Source of the DNA: Pristiophorus japonicus
Taxonomy: Eukaryota
Direction: 5' to 3'
NCBI RefSeq assembly: GCF_044704955.1
Contig: NC_092007.1
Span: 8,308,001-8,372,000, forward strand
Length of the DNA: 64,000 nt
The notes under the pieces were generated by a model. The model made no database searches. It saw only the letters and a program-made list of their open reading frames with translations, and was not told the origin of the DNA. Position numbers and translations under genes: made by a program. Positions within the stretch are counted from its first letter, which is position 1. Each line of letters starts with the position of its first letter. Of this stretch, positions 1 through 58,380 are shown piece by piece.

Positions 1-43
1 TCCCTCAGTACTGCCCCTCCGACAGTGCGGCGCTCCCTCAGTA
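1..43 (-). repeat. 33-bp SINE-derived minisatellite (continues beyond the window start)
   Basis: ctccctcagtactgcccctccgacagtgcggcg unit, downstream of the gene A poly(A) site. Confidence 0.8.
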
Positions 44-154
44 TGACAGACACTGAAACACAAAGCAAGTTGATGGAACGAAGGGGAGGAGAGAAGGTTG
101 AGGGTGGGGGATGAGAATGGAGAGATCGAGACGTGTTATTTTCTGTGTGTGCCT

Positions 155-160
155 TTTATT
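155..160 (-). terminator. Poly(A) signal AATAAA of gene A
   Basis: tttatt at 155-160, ~107 nt after the stop; same position in B and C. Confidence 0.85.
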
Positions 161-266
161 GAATTACAGGAGCCGGTACAGAGGGGTGTGATCTGGGAGT
201 CACTGCGGGGAGGAATTTTCTGGCAGCGTATCCCCTCTGACAGCTCGGTCCCACGGAGAGACGATC

Positions 267-7752
<7,486 letters not shown>

Positions 7753-7993
7753 TGTCGCTTCGAGCTCCGTGACTGTGGGTAGTGTGAAGTTGGGACTTTA
7801 TATAGGCTGCACGCGAGGTCTGTTAACGTGGAACAACACGATCACAAGACCCATTAGTGGTGACGGGGAGAGGCGGGAGCGGGGAATAGGTCCTTGGAAA
7901 GGTGGGCAGCAGGTGTGTGTTTTTCAGGGACCTTCCACGGGTGACGCAAGTGGTCTCCGACGGGCCGGGAACAGCTGTGTCTATCCCTCAGGC
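7753..7993 (-). promoter_or_regulatory. Gene A 5'UTR and proximal promoter (TATA box 7797-7804, E-boxes)
   Basis: TATATAAA ~45 nt upstream of ATG; CACCTG and CAGCTG in a ~240-bp block shared by all three genes. Confidence 0.75.
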
Positions 7994-8063
7994 AAATCAC
8001 TTTAGGACACAAGTGAGAACCATTTCAAACTGTCTCAAACTGTCACCCGTTGTGCTCCAAGGG

Positions 8064-8832
8064 AAAAAGACAGACTTGCATTTATATCGCGCCTTTCACG
8101 ACCACCGGACGTCCCAAACTGCTTTCCAGCCAATGAAGTACTTTTGGAGTGTGGTCACTGTTGTAATGTGGGATACGCGGCAGGCAATTTGTGCACAGCA
8201 AGCTCCCACACACAGCAATGTGATAATGACCCGGATCACATCTGTTTTTGTTATGTTGATTGAGGGATAAATATTGGCCCCAGGACACCGGGGAGAACTC
8301 CCCCTGCTCTTCTTCCAAATAGTGGCCATGGGAACTTATATGTCCACCCCAGAGAGGGCAGACGGGGCCTCGATTTAATGTCTCAGTCAAAAGATGGCAC
8401 CTCTGACAGTGCGGCACTCCCTCAGTACTGCCCCTCCAACACTCCCTCAGTATTGCCCCTCCAACAGTGCGGCACACCCTCAGTACTGTCCCTCCGACAG
8501 TGCAGCACTCCCTCAGTACTGCCCCTCCGACAGTGCAGCGCTCCCTCAGTACTGCCCCTCCGACAGTGCGGCGCTCCCTCAGTACTGTCCCTCCGACAGT
8601 GCGGCGCTCCCTCAGTACTGCCCCTCCGACAGTGCGGCGCTCCCTCAGTACTGCCCCTCCGACAGTGCGGCGCTCCCACAGTACTGCCCCTCCGACAGTG
8701 CAGCGCTCCCTCAGTACTGGCACTCGGCAGTGTCGGCCTGGATTATGCGCTCAAGTCCCTGGAGTGGGACTTGAACCCACAACCATCTGATTCCGAGGCG
8801 AGAGTATTGCCCACTGAGCCACAACTGACACC
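8064..8832 (-). mobile_element. Near full-length tRNA-headed DeuSINE-like (SacSINE1-like) SINE with internal 33-bp array (8395-8720)
   Basis: Pol III A box TGGCTCAGTGG (8811-8821) and B box GGTTCAAGTCC (8767-8777), then array, Deu-like core and tail gtgaaaggcgcgatataaatgcaagt. Family name from memory. Confidence 0.8.
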
Positions 8833-8899
8833 TTAAACCAGAACAATCCAGTCCCTATTATTAAGGACTCTGTTTTACGCTCTGTGAATTTAGAGAATT

Positions 8900-9300
8900 C
8901 TTTCACTGAATTACATCGTGTGTACCGCACAGGAAGAGGCCATTGGCCTCCAGCGCTCCGTGTCGGTGTTTATACTCTACACCAGCCTCCTCCCTCCCCT
9001 CTCCATCTCACCCCATCACCATATCCTTCTATTCCTTTCTCCCTCATGTGTTTATCCAGCTTCCCCTTAAATGTATCTCTGCTCCTCGCCTCAACCCCTC
9101 CCTATGGGAGCGAGTTCCACATTCTCACCCCTCTCTGGGTAAAGAAGTTTCTCCTGAATTCCCCATTGGATTTATTAGTGACTGTCGTATATTGATGGGC
9201 CCGAGTTCTGGTCTCCCCCACAAGTGGAAATATCTTCTCGACATCTGCCCAGCCATCATTTTAAAGCCCTCGGTCATGACTCCATTGGTCTTCTCTGCTC
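8900..9300 (-). mobile_element. Old CR1 3' fragment in the spacer
   Basis: Reverse strand gives aacttctttacccagagaggggtgagaatgtggaactcgct (FFTQRxVxxWNSL motif). Confidence 0.7.
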
Positions 9301-9332
9301 GAGAGAAATGAGCCCCAGGTTCTGAACATCGG

Positions 9333-9572
9333 CCTGAGGGATAGACACAGCTGTTCCCGGCCTGCCGCAGACCTCTTGCGTCACCCGGGGAAGGTCCCTG
9401 AGAAGCAAACACCTGCTGCCCACCTTTCCAAGGACCTATTCCCCGCTCCCGCCTCTCCCCGTCACCACTAATGGGTCTTGTGATCGTGTTGTTCTACGTT
9501 AACAGACCTCGCGCGCAGCCTATAAAATGTTCCAACTTCACACTACCCACAGTTACGGAGCTCGAAGCGACA
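9333..9572 (+). promoter_or_regulatory. Gene B proximal promoter and 5'UTR (TATA 9521-9526; CAGCTG 9348-9353; CACCTG 9410-9415)
   Basis: TATAAAA 52 nt before ATG; inverted copy of the gene A promoter. Confidence 0.75.
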
Positions 9573-17144
<7,572 letters not shown>

Positions 17145-17250
17145 GATCGTCTCTCCGTTGGACCGAGCTGTCAGAGGGGACATACTGCCAGATAATTCCT
17201 CCCCGCAGTGACTCCCACATCACACCCCTCTGTACCGGCTCCTGTAATTC

Positions 17251-17256
17251 AATAAA
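17251..17256 (+). terminator. Poly(A) signal of gene B
   Basis: AATAAA 107 nt after the stop codon. Confidence 0.85.
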
Positions 17257-17367
17257 AGGACACACACAGAAAATAACACGTCTCGATCTCTCCATTCCCA
17301 TCACCCACCCTCAACCTTATCTCCTCCCCTTCGTTCCATCAACTCGCTTTGTGTTTCAGTGTCTGTC

Positions 17368-17642
17368 ATACTGAGGGAGCGCCGCACTGTCGGAGGGGCA
17401 GTACTGAGGGAGCGCCGCACTGTCGGAGGGGCAGTACTGAGGGAGCGCCGCACTGTCGGAGGGGCAGTACTGAGGGAGCGCCGCACTGTCGGAGGGGCAG
17501 TACTGAGGGAGCGCCGCACTGTTGGAGGGGCAGTACTGAGGGGTCGGCGCACTGTCGGAGGGGCAGTACTGAGGGAGCGGCGCACTGTCGGAGGGGCAGT
17601 ACTGAGGGAGCGCCGCACTGTCGGAGGGGCAGTACTGAGGGA
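17368..17642 (+). repeat. 33-bp minisatellite
   Basis: gtactgagggagcgccgcactgtcggaggggca, ~8 copies. Confidence 0.95.
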
Positions 17643-17644
17643 AC

Positions 17645-17972
17645 ATGGGTTAGATACAGAGTAAAGCTCACTCTACACTGTCCCATCAAACACTCCCAGG
17701 GCAGGTGCAGCACGCGGTTAGATACAGAGTAAAGCTCCCTCTACACTGTCCCATCAAACACTCCCAGGGCAGGTACAGGTACAGCACGGGGTTAGATACA
17801 GAGTAAAGCTCCCTCTACACTGTCCCATCAAACACTCCCAGGGCAGGTACAGGTACAGCATGGGGTTAGATACAGAGTAAAGCTCCCTCTACACTGTCCC
17901 ATCAAACACTCCCAGGGCAGGTACAGGTACAGCATGGGGTTAGATACAGAGTAAAACTCCCTCTTCACTGTC
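17645..17972 (-). repeat. 68-74-bp minisatellite
   Basis: ggttagatacagagtaaagctccctctacactgtcccatcaaacactcccagggcaggtacag units; same family as 61105-61704. Confidence 0.9.
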
Positions 17973-18829
17973 ACATTTCTCACACCTTGGCACTGTGAGG
18001 CGTACTGACCAGATTGGGCAGTTTGGTGCTGGTGTGAGGGGGCGGGGGGAGGGGGCAGCGGAGAGGGACCCAGAAACACATCCATGTACAATGGTTGGCT
18101 GCAGGGGGTCCCTGAGGGGGATGGAGCTGTACAATATCACAGCCAATCAGTTGGCAGAGGGAAGTAGTTACGTGTTTTTTTATACAGCCAATACTCAAAA
18201 GGCCCGACGTGACGTAAAAGCTTGGATTAAGCTCTGAGTGCCTTGTCATTTCACACACCATTGGATCTGATAGCTTGTAGTTCGAAGCAGGTCTGTCGGT
18301 GTCTCTGTGCTGAGTAATACGGTAGATTTAGATTAAGTACATGCTTTCCCTGCACACACTCACCTCGAGGCTCAATGGTACCTGAACTGCAGGCAAGTAG
18401 GGTTCATGGAAACAGAGAAATTTACCACACAGAAGGAGGCCACTCAGCCATTCCGTCTTCACTGGCCGACAAAGAGTTACCCAAACTAATCCCACTTTCC
18501 AGCTCTTGGTCCATAGCCCTGTGGGTTACGGCACTTCAAGTGCATAGCCAAATACTTTTGAAATGTGCGCAGGAATTCTGTATCTACCACCCTTTCAGCA
18601 ACTGTGTTCCAGACCCAACGTGGTATTTTGCTTACGGCCTCACAACATACAGACTCCAAGATGGCTCCATTCTTTTTTATCCTTTGAAAACAGCAATGGC
18701 TACATTTCCACTAGGTGGAGCTATATATTACACTTCTCCCTCCTTAATGAAGAAGTAATTAGAACCGAATAATCATCATACATAACTTGCATGGTTATGC
18801 ATAACAAAAGATATGGACTTATTTTGCCA

Positions 18830-19345
18830 TATTTACAACTCAAACGTAACCACTGGTTTTCTGTTTCGAAGAGGATACCTTCGCTCTCGAACTGAACTTT
18901 CCAAACATGGTGTTAAACTTAGACACATTCTCGGCGGAGCCTGAGGAGAGTTTTTCTCCAAGGGTAACCCTTGGTCTACATGTGGACTCTCTACAACTTC
19001 AGACTGTTTGTCTGCCTGACTCGGACTCAGACTTAAATTCGGTTCTTTTTTTGGACTTGTTTCGAGTACATTTGATGTAGGATTTGCTACTGGTACTCTA
19101 CTTGTAATAAGATTATCTGATAAACCAGGAATAATCGAATCATTCCAACTTTCAACTCCTTCCACACATGTAAGATAAAATATGATCGATGCGAAAAAAC
19201 CTGACCTGTCCATGATCAAACAACTTAACCAAATATGTGCAAGGACCACATATCTTCACCACTCTTCCTGGTAACCATTTTAACCATTCACGGTGATGTT
19301 CCTTCACTCTCACCTTCTGATTTAATTTCACACTTCTCTCTCTCT
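18830..19345 (-). mobile_element. Degenerate Gypsy integrase C-terminal fragment
   Basis: KWLPGRVVKICGP.TYLVKL and terminal RRYPLRNRKP, resembling the pol ends of the other Gypsy elements here. Confidence 0.55.
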
Positions 19346-19349
19346 TCCT

Positions 19350-19895
19350 CCACTTAGGATGGTCTTTGGCCAGGGACTCCCAGGTGTCAGTGGGGATGAT
19401 GCATTTTTATCAAGGAGGGTGTCCTTGAAACGTTTTCTCTGCCCACCTGGGGCTCACTTGCCGTGAAGGAGTTCCGAGTAGAGCGCTTGCTTTGGGAGTC
19501 TCGTGTCTGGGGACATGCGGACAATGTGGCCCTGCCCAGCGTAGCTGGTCGAGTGTGGTCAGTGCTTCGGTGCTGGGGATGTCGGCCTGGTCGAGGACGC
19601 TAACGTTGGTGCGTCTGTCCTCCCGGGGGATTTGCAGGATCTTGCGGAGACATCGTTGGTGGTATTTCTCCAGTGACTTGAGGTGTCTACTGTACATGGT
19701 CTGTGTCTCTGAGCCATACAGGAGGGCGGGTATCACTACAGCCCTGTCGATCATAAGCTTTGTGCCAGATTTGAGGGCCTGGTCTTTGAACACGTCCTTC
19801 CTCAGGCGGCCGAAGGCTGCACTGACGCACTGGAGGTGGTGTTGGATCTCGTCGTCAATGTCTGCCCTTGCTGATAAGAAACTCCCGAGATATGG
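19350..19895 (-). mobile_element. RTE LINE fragment
   Basis: YLGSFLS.RADIDDEIQH...SAAFGRLRK.VF...AVVIPALLYGSE. Confidence 0.85.
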
Positions 19896-19896
19896 G

Positions 19897-22408
19897 ACAT
19901 AGAAACATAGAAACAGAGAAAATAGGTGCAGGAGTAGGCCATTCGGCCCTTCAGGCCTGCACCACCATTCAATAAGATCATGACTGATCATGACTGATCA
20001 TTCCCTCAGTACCCCTTTCCTGCTTTCTCTCCATACCCCTTGATCCCTTTAGCCATAAGGCCATATCTAACTCCCTCATGAATAGATCCAATGAACTGGC
20101 ATCAACAACTCTCTGCGGTAGGGAATTCCACAGGTTAACAACTCTCTGAGTGAAGAAGTTTCTCCTCATCTCAGTCCTAAATGGCCTGTCCCTTATCCTA
20201 AGACTGTGTCCCCTGGTTCTGGACTTCCCCTAAATTGGGAACATTCTACCCGCTTCTAACCTGTCCCGTCCCGTCAGAATCTTATATGTTTCTATGAGAT
20301 CCCCTCTCATCCTTCGAAACTCCAGTGTATAAAGGCCCAGTTGATCCAGTCTCTCCTCATATGTCAGTCCTGCCAGCCCAGTCTGGTGAACCTTCGCTGC
20401 GCTCCCTCAATAGCAAGAATGTCCTTCCTCAGATTAGGAGACCAAAACTGAACACAATATTCCAGGTGAGGCCTCACCAAGGCCCTGTACAACTGCAGTA
20501 AGACCTCCCTGCTCTTATACTCAAATCTCCTAGCTATGAAGGCCAACATACCATTTGCCTTCTTCACCGCCTGCTGTACCTGCATGCCAACTTTCAATGA
20601 CCGATGATCCATGACACCTAGGTCTCGTTGCACCTCCCCTTTTCCTAATCTGCCGCCATTCAGATAATATTCTGTCTTCGTGTTTTTACCACCAAAGTGG
20701 ATAACCTCACATTTATCCACATTATACTGCATCTGCCATGCAGTTGCCCACTCACCTAACCTGTCCAAGTCACTCTGCAGCCTCTTAGCATCCTCCTCAC
20801 AGCTCACACCGCCACCCAGTTTAGTGTCATCTGCAAACTTGGAGATATTACACTCAATTCCTTCATCCAAATTATTGATGTATATTGTAAATAGCTGGGG
20901 TCCAGCACTGAGCCCTGCGGCACTCCACTAGTCACTGCCTGACATTCTGAAAAGGACCCGTTTATCCCGACTCTCTGCTTCCTGTCTACCAACCAGTTCT
21001 CTATCCACGTCAGTATATTACCCCCAATACCATGTGCTTTGATTTTGCACACTAATCTCTTGAGTGGGACCTTGTCAAAAGCCTTTTGAAAGTCCAAATA
21101 CACCACATGCACTGGTTCTTCCTTGTCCACTCTACTAGTTACATCCTCAAAAAATTCCAGAAGATTTGTCAAGCATGATTTCCCTTTCACAAATCCATGC
21201 TGACTTGGACCAATCCTGTCACTGCTTTCCAAATGTGCTGCTATTTTATCCTTAATAATTGATTCTAACATTTTCCCCACTACTGATGTCAGGCTAACCA
21301 GTCTATAATTACCCGCTTTCACTCTTCCTCCCTTTTTAAAAAGTGGTGTTACATTAGCTACCCTCCAGTCCATAGGGACTGATCCAGAGTCGATAGACTG
21401 TTGGAAAATGATCACCAATGCATCCACTATTTCTAGGGCACTTCCTTAAGTACTCTGGGATGCAGACTATCAGGCCCCAGGGATTTATCAGTCTTCAATC
21501 CAATCAATTTCCCCAACACAATTTCCCGCCTAATAAGGATATCCTTCAGTTCCTTCTTCTCACTAGACCCTCAGTCCCCTAGTACATCCGGAAGGTTATT
21601 TGTGTCTTCCTTCGTGAAGACAGAACCAAAGTATTTGTTCACTTGGTCTGCCATTTCTTTCTTCCCCATTATAAATTCACCTGAGTCTGACTGCAAGGGA
21701 CCTACATTTGTCTTCACTAATCTTTTTCTCTTCACATATCTATAGAAGCTTTTGCAGTCAGTTTTTATGTTCCCGGCAAGCTTCTTCTCGTACTCTATTT
21801 TCCCCCTCCTAATTAAACCCTTTGTCCTCCTCTGCTGAATTCTAAATTTCTCCCAGTCCTCAGGTTTGCTGCTTTTTCTGGCCAATTTATATGCCTCTTC
21901 CTTGGACTTAACACTATCCTTAACTTCCCTTGTTAGCCACGGTTGAGCTACCTTACCCATTTTATTTTTACTCCAGACAGGGATGTACAATTGCTGAAGT
22001 TCATCCATGTGATCTTTAAATGTTTGCCATTGCCTATCCACCGTCAACCCTTTAAGTATCATTTGCCAGTCTATTCTAGCCAATTCACGTCTCATACCAT
22101 CGAAGTTACCTTTCCTTAAGTTCAAGACCCTAGTTTCTGAATTAACTGTGTCACTCTCCATCTTAATAAAGAATTCTACCATATTATGGTCACTCTTCCC
22201 CAAGGCGCCTCGCACAACAAGATTGCTAATTAGTCCTTTCTCATTACACATCACCCAGTCTAGGATGGCCAGCTCTCTAGTTGGTTCCTCGATATATTGG
22301 TCTAGAAAACCATCCCTAATACACTCCAGGGAATCCTCTTCCAGCGCATTGCTATCAGTTTGGTTAGCCCAATCAATATGTAGATTAAAGTCACCCATGA
22401 TAACTATT
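19897..22408 (-). mobile_element. Long CR1 ORF2 fragment (end of endonuclease plus RT), frameshifted
   Basis: MGDFN..IDW, SDHNMVEF, NYRLVSLTS, QHGF, YLDFQKAFDKV, GVPQGS, FADD; tail at 19897-19920. Confidence 0.95.
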
Positions 22409-22600
22409 GTGTTCCTAACACAGATGAGGCCGCACACAGGGAGGTTAAAGTAACAGTGACCTCAGTCTTTAATAAGACACTCCAGAGTGAGGAACAGGCC
22501 TTTGGGGCCGGCTTATATACAGTGCTCCCAAGGGATACTGGGATCCCTTGGGACTTCAGGGGATGCGCTCCCTGGTGGCGGAACATGGGAGTGCATGGCA
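22408..22600 (-). mobile_element. Partial or solo LTR related to the outer Gypsy LTR
   Basis: ctttaataagacactccagagtg...tatatacagtgctcccaagggatactgggatcccttgggact matches 46849-46936. Confidence 0.7.
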
Positions 22601-22759
22601 GCGAGGAAGATGGAGAAGAGGGTTGGGGCGATGACACAGCCCTGCTTGACCCTGGGATATTCACACATTCATCAACACTGGGTGTGGATATCTGTTACCA
22701 AGAAAGGTGTGCATTGTGCTGCACAGCAGGAGGGCTGATCATGTCCACTCAGTCCTGTC

Positions 22760-24800
22760 TGGGCCAGGGCCTGGAATAAACGGAGGATCTAAAGGTGTTA
22801 ACCAATGTGGGCGAGTCAACAGGAGAATGACAGGAACTATGTTTGAGGTGCTGTGATATGAACCTTGATAAAAAGAGGAGCACTTCGGAGCGAGGGCACT
22901 GCGATGAAGACAGACGGAGGGTCTGTCCCTGATCCCGGCCTACAATCGACACCGGAACAACCAGCTGTGTGTGGGCTTGCAAGTTTGAGTCAAATCATCA
23001 CCATCTTGCCGTCCGGAAGAGGCCAATGGTCCACAATTAAGTGCTCTCTAAGCGGGAGTCCTCCCCCTATTTATCGGGGACTTGGCCTGGAGGGTGGTGC
23101 ACGGGGCAGTCCCGTGCAATCGGTCGTTAAGTCGGTTCACGGGCTCCCGGGGCCGCCTGCGATTTCTGCGGTCTGGAGGAGTCCGTGTTCCACGGGTACG
23201 TTCAGTGTGTGAGGTTGCAGTCCCTCTTCCATTGTTTGAAGGGGCTGCTCCTCAAGTTCTGGCTGCACTTCAGTCCCACGTTCTTGATCTTTGGGCACCC
23301 TGTGCGGAGGGGAACGGGCAGGTCGGAGGGCATCCTCGTGGAGCCTGCTCCTGGGCCCTGGCCAAGGGGGGGCCATTAACCGGTCCAGGCAGCGGACAGT
23401 CGAGGGGGTCGTTCAGCCCGACTGCCTGCCTCTCTTCCGCGGTTACATCCGAGCCGGGGTGTCCCTGGAAACATAGAAACAGAAACATAGAAAATAGGTG
23501 CAGGAGTAGGCCATTCGGCCCTTCGAGCCTGCACCACCATTCAATATGATCATGGCTGATCATGCAACTTCAGTACCCCATTCCTGCTTTCTCTCCATAC
23601 CACCGATTCCTTTAACCGTAAGGGCCACATCTAACTCCCTTTTGAATATATCTAACGAACTGGCCTCAACAACTTTCTGTGGTAGAGAATTCCACAGGTT
23701 CACCACTCTCTGGGTGAAGACGTTTCTCCTCATCTCGGTCCTAAATGGCTTACCCCTTAGCCTTAGACTGTGTCCCCTGGCTCTGGACTTCCCCAACATC
23801 GGGAACATTCTTCCTGCATCTAACCTGTCCAATCCCTTCAGAATTTTATATGTTTCTATGAGATCCCCTCTCATTCTTCTAAACTCCAGTGAGTATAAGC
23901 CCAGTCGATCCAGTCTTTCTTCATATGTCAGTCCAGCCATCCCTGGAATCAGTTTGGTGAACCTTCGCTGCACTCCCTCAATAGCAAGAATGTCCTTCCT
24001 CAGATTAGGAGACCAAAACTGAACACAATATTCCAGGTGCGGCCTCACCAAGGCCCTGTACCAACTGCAGTAAGACCTCCCTGCTCCTATACTCAAATCC
24101 TCTCGCTATGAAGGCCAACATGCCATTTGCCTTCTTCACCGCCTGCTGTACCTGCATGCCAACTTTCAATGGCTGACGTACCATGACACCCAGGTCTCGT
24201 TGCACCTCCCCTTTTCTTAATCTGTCACCATTCAGATAATAATCTGCCTTCCAGTTTTTACCCCCAAAGTGGATAACCTCACACTTATCCACATTATACT
24301 GCATCTGCCATGCATTTGCCCACTCACCTAACCTGTCCAAGTCACTCTGCAGCCTCTTAGCATCCTCCTCACAGCTCACACCGCCACCCAGCTTAGTGTC
24401 ATCTGCAAACTTGGAGATATTACATTCAACTCCTTCGTCTAAATCAGGAATGTGTATTGCAAATAGCTGGGGTCCCAGCACTGAGCCCTGCAGTACCCCA
24501 CTAGTCACTGCCTGCCATTCTGAAAAGGACCCATTTATTCCCACTCTTTGCTTCCTGTCTGCCAACCAGTTCTCTATCCACGTCAGTGCATGGAGAGGGG
24601 AGCACGTGGGTGTCCACCGGTACGCTCGCGGCCTTCCGCGAGAGGTGGGCGCCGGAGGGGCTGGAGTGCACCGTCACCCCCGGGGCAACCACATTCTAAT
24701 TTGGTCCATTAACACCTAAAATTTAGTTTGTTCATTTGTCGGTTGGGTGTCCCTTTAATAGGGCGGCACTTGTATTAATGTTCGACTCAAAAAATAGTTG
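22760..24800 (+). mobile_element. Tx1/L1-clade LINE 3' fragment, split by a CR1
   Basis: LAWRVVHGAVPCN..., C..CG.EESVFH...C knuckle, resuming at ~24590 (EREH.VSTGTLAAFRERWAPEG). Confidence 0.7.
23471..24588 (-). mobile_element. 5'-truncated CR1 inserted in the Tx1-like element
   Basis: RKQRVGING...FADD...[10 protein letters not shown]; tail at 23470-23495. Confidence 0.92.
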
Positions 24801-25304
24801 TAGAGCTGTTGTGGGAGTGGCCTAGCCGCTTCAGAGCTGTGAGTCTGGTGCAAGGACGTGCAAATGTTTCAGCTGCTTTCTGCAACCAGGGTCTCCAGGA
24901 GTATTGCTTCAACACCTGAACAGGCAGGAGGAGATCAGAAGCTAAACTGCTGTGACAGATTCGAGAGCGAGGGGAGAAAGAAAAGCTGAGTTAAATCACA
25001 GGGGAATTAGTCTGAGTAGTTTTGAAACGCAACGGGATCGCGGAAGGGATTTAAACTGTGATATCTCGTGTCAGGTTTCAGGTAACCTCGTGTCGGGACT
25101 TTGTATTGTGGGTTCTGGGTTAATCCGTTGGGTTTTCAGGGAGGTTGTGCACTGGGGAATAGCGCAAGTTCAATAAACGTACAGGTTTCAGGTCGAACCA
25201 AGTCCCTGTGCCGTGCGTATTTTCTTCCCATAAATGCTGAAGGCCAAGAACTGAGGGTGAGGGGTTACGGAATCTCTGACCAATATCGAGGCCGAAACTC
25301 TTGG

Positions 25305-26322
25305 CCAGTGTTGAGGGAGCGCCGTACTGTGCGGTCGGAGGGGCAGCACTGAGGGAGCGCCGCACTGCGCTGTCGGAGGGGCAGTGCTGAGGGAGAGCCG
25401 CACTGCGCTGTTGGAGGGGCAGCACTGAGGGAGTGCCGTACTGCGCTGTCGGAGGGGCAGCACTGAGGGAGCGCCGCACTGCGCTGTCGGAGGGGCAGCA
25501 CTGAGGGAGCGCCGCACTGTTGGAGGGGCAGTGCTGAGGGAGTGCCGTACTGTTGGAGGGGCAGTACAGAGGGAGTGCCGCACTGTCGGAGGGGCAGTAC
25601 TGAGGGAGCGCTGCACTGTCGGAGGGGCAGTACTGAGGGAGCGCCGCACTGTCGGAGGGGCAGTACTGAGGGAGCGCCGCACTGTCGGAGGGGCAGTACT
25701 GAGGGAGCGCTGCACTGTCGGAGGTGCAGTACTGAGGGAGCGCTGCACTGTCAGAGGGGCAGTACTGAGGGAGCGTCGCACTGTCGGAGGGGCAGTACTG
25801 AGGGAGCGCTGCACTGTCGGAGGTGCAGTACTGAGGGAGCGCCGCACTGTCGGAGGGGCGGTACTGAGGGAGTGCTGCACTGTCGGAGGTGCAGTACTGA
25901 GGGAGTGCCGCACTGTCAGAGGGGCGGTACTGAGGGAGTGCCGCACTGTCAGAGGGGCAGTACTGAGGGAGCGCCGCACTGTCGGAGGTGCCGTCTTTCG
26001 GATGAGACATTAAACCGAGGCCCCGTCTGCCCCCTCAGGTGGATGTAAAAGATCCCGGGGCCACTATTTGGAAGAAGAGCAGGGGGAGTTCTCCCCGGTG
26101 TCCTGGGGCCAATATTTATCCCTCAATCAACGTAACAAAAACAGATGATCCGGGTCATTATCACATCGCTGTGTGTGGGAGCTTGCTGTGCGCAAATTGC
26201 CTGCCGCGTTTCCCACAATCCAACACTGACCACACTCCAAAAGTACTTCATTGGCGGGAAAGCAGTTTGGGACGTCCGGTGGTCGTGAAAGGCGCTATAT
26301 AAATGCAAGTCTGTCTTTTTCC
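25305..26322 (+). mobile_element. DeuSINE-like SINE with 33/38-bp array (25305-25990) upstream of gene C
   Basis: Array runs directly into gtgccgtctttcggatgagacattaaaccgagg core and tail; same position as the SINE upstream of A. Confidence 0.8.
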
Positions 26323-26359
26323 CTTGGAAATGGTTCTCACTTGTGTCCTAAAGTGATTT

Positions 26360-26600
26360 GCCTGAGGGATAGACACAGCTGTTCCCGGCCTGCCGGAGAC
26401 CTCTTGCGTCACCCGTGGAAGGTCCCTGAGAAACACACACCTGCTGCCCACCTTTCCAAGGACCTATTCCCCGCTCCCGCCTCTCCCCGTCACCACTAAT
26501 GGGTCTTGTGATCGTGTTGTTCCACGTTAACAGACCTCGCGTGCAGCCTATATAAAGTCCCAACTTCACACTACCCACAGTCACGGAGCTCGAAGCGACA
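26360..26600 (+). promoter_or_regulatory. Gene C proximal promoter and 5'UTR (TATA 26549-26556)
   Basis: TATATAAA plus E-boxes; near-identical to the gene A promoter. Confidence 0.75.
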
Positions 26601-57460
<30,860 letters not shown>

Positions 57461-57566
57461 GATCGTCTCTCCGTGGGACCGAGCTGTCAGAGGGGACATA
57501 CTGCCAGATAATTCCTCCCCGCAGTGACTCCCACATCACACCCCTCTGTACCGGCTCCTGTAATTC

Positions 57567-57572
57567 AATAAA
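57567..57572 (+). terminator. Poly(A) signal of gene C
   Basis: AATAAA 107 nt after the stop codon. Confidence 0.85.
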
Positions 57573-57684
57573 AGGACACACACAGAAAATAACACGTCTC
57601 GATCTCTCCATTCCCATCACCCGCCCTCAACCTTATCTCCTCCCCTTCGTTCCATCAACTCGCTTTGTGTTTCAGTGTCTGTCA

Positions 57685-58380
57685 TACTGAGGGAGCGCTG
57701 CACTGTCGGAGGGGCAGTACTGAGGGAGCGCCGCACTGTCGGAGGGGCAGTACTGAGGGAGCGCCGCACTGTCGGATGGGCAGTACTGAGGGAGTGCCAC
57801 ACTGTCGGAGAGCAGAACTGAGGGAGCGCCGCACTGTCGGAGGGGCAGTACTGAGGGAGTGCCGCACTGTCGGAGAGCAGAACTGAGGGAGCGCCGCACT
57901 GTCGGAGGGGCAGTACTGAGGGAGCTCTGCACTGTCGGAGGGGCAGTACTGAGGGAGCGCTGCACTGTCGGAGGGACAGTACTGAGGGAGCGCCGCACTG
58001 TCGGAGGGACAGTACTGAGGGAGCACCGCACTGTCGGAGGGGCAGTACTGAGGGAGCACCGCACTGTCGGAGGGACAGTACTGAGGGAGCTCTGCACTGT
58101 CGGAGGGACAGTACTGAGGGAGCTCCGCACTGTCAGAGGGGCAGTACTGAGGGAGCGCCGCACTGTCGGAGGGGCGGTACTGAGGGAGCGCTGCACTGTC
58201 GGAGGGGCAGTACTGAGGGAGCTCCGCACTGTCGGAGGGGCGGTACTGAGGGAGCGCCGCACTGTCGGAGGGGCGGTACTGAGGGAGCACCGCACTGTCG
58301 GAGGGGCGGTACTGAGGGAGCGCTGCACTGTCGGAGGGGCAGTACTGAGGGAGCGCCGCACTGTCGGAGGGGCAGTACTG
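57685..58380 (+). repeat. 33-bp minisatellite
   Basis: ~21 units downstream of the gene C poly(A) site. Confidence 0.95.

Noticed and set aside
8760-8832. tRNA gene
   Set aside because: The A and B boxes belong to a SINE head that continues into array, core and tail
25120-26048. Repetitive ORFs (QYCPSDSAALP, STAPPTVRRSL, RERRTVGGAVL)
   Set aside because: Produced by a 33-bp unit that lacks stops in several frames
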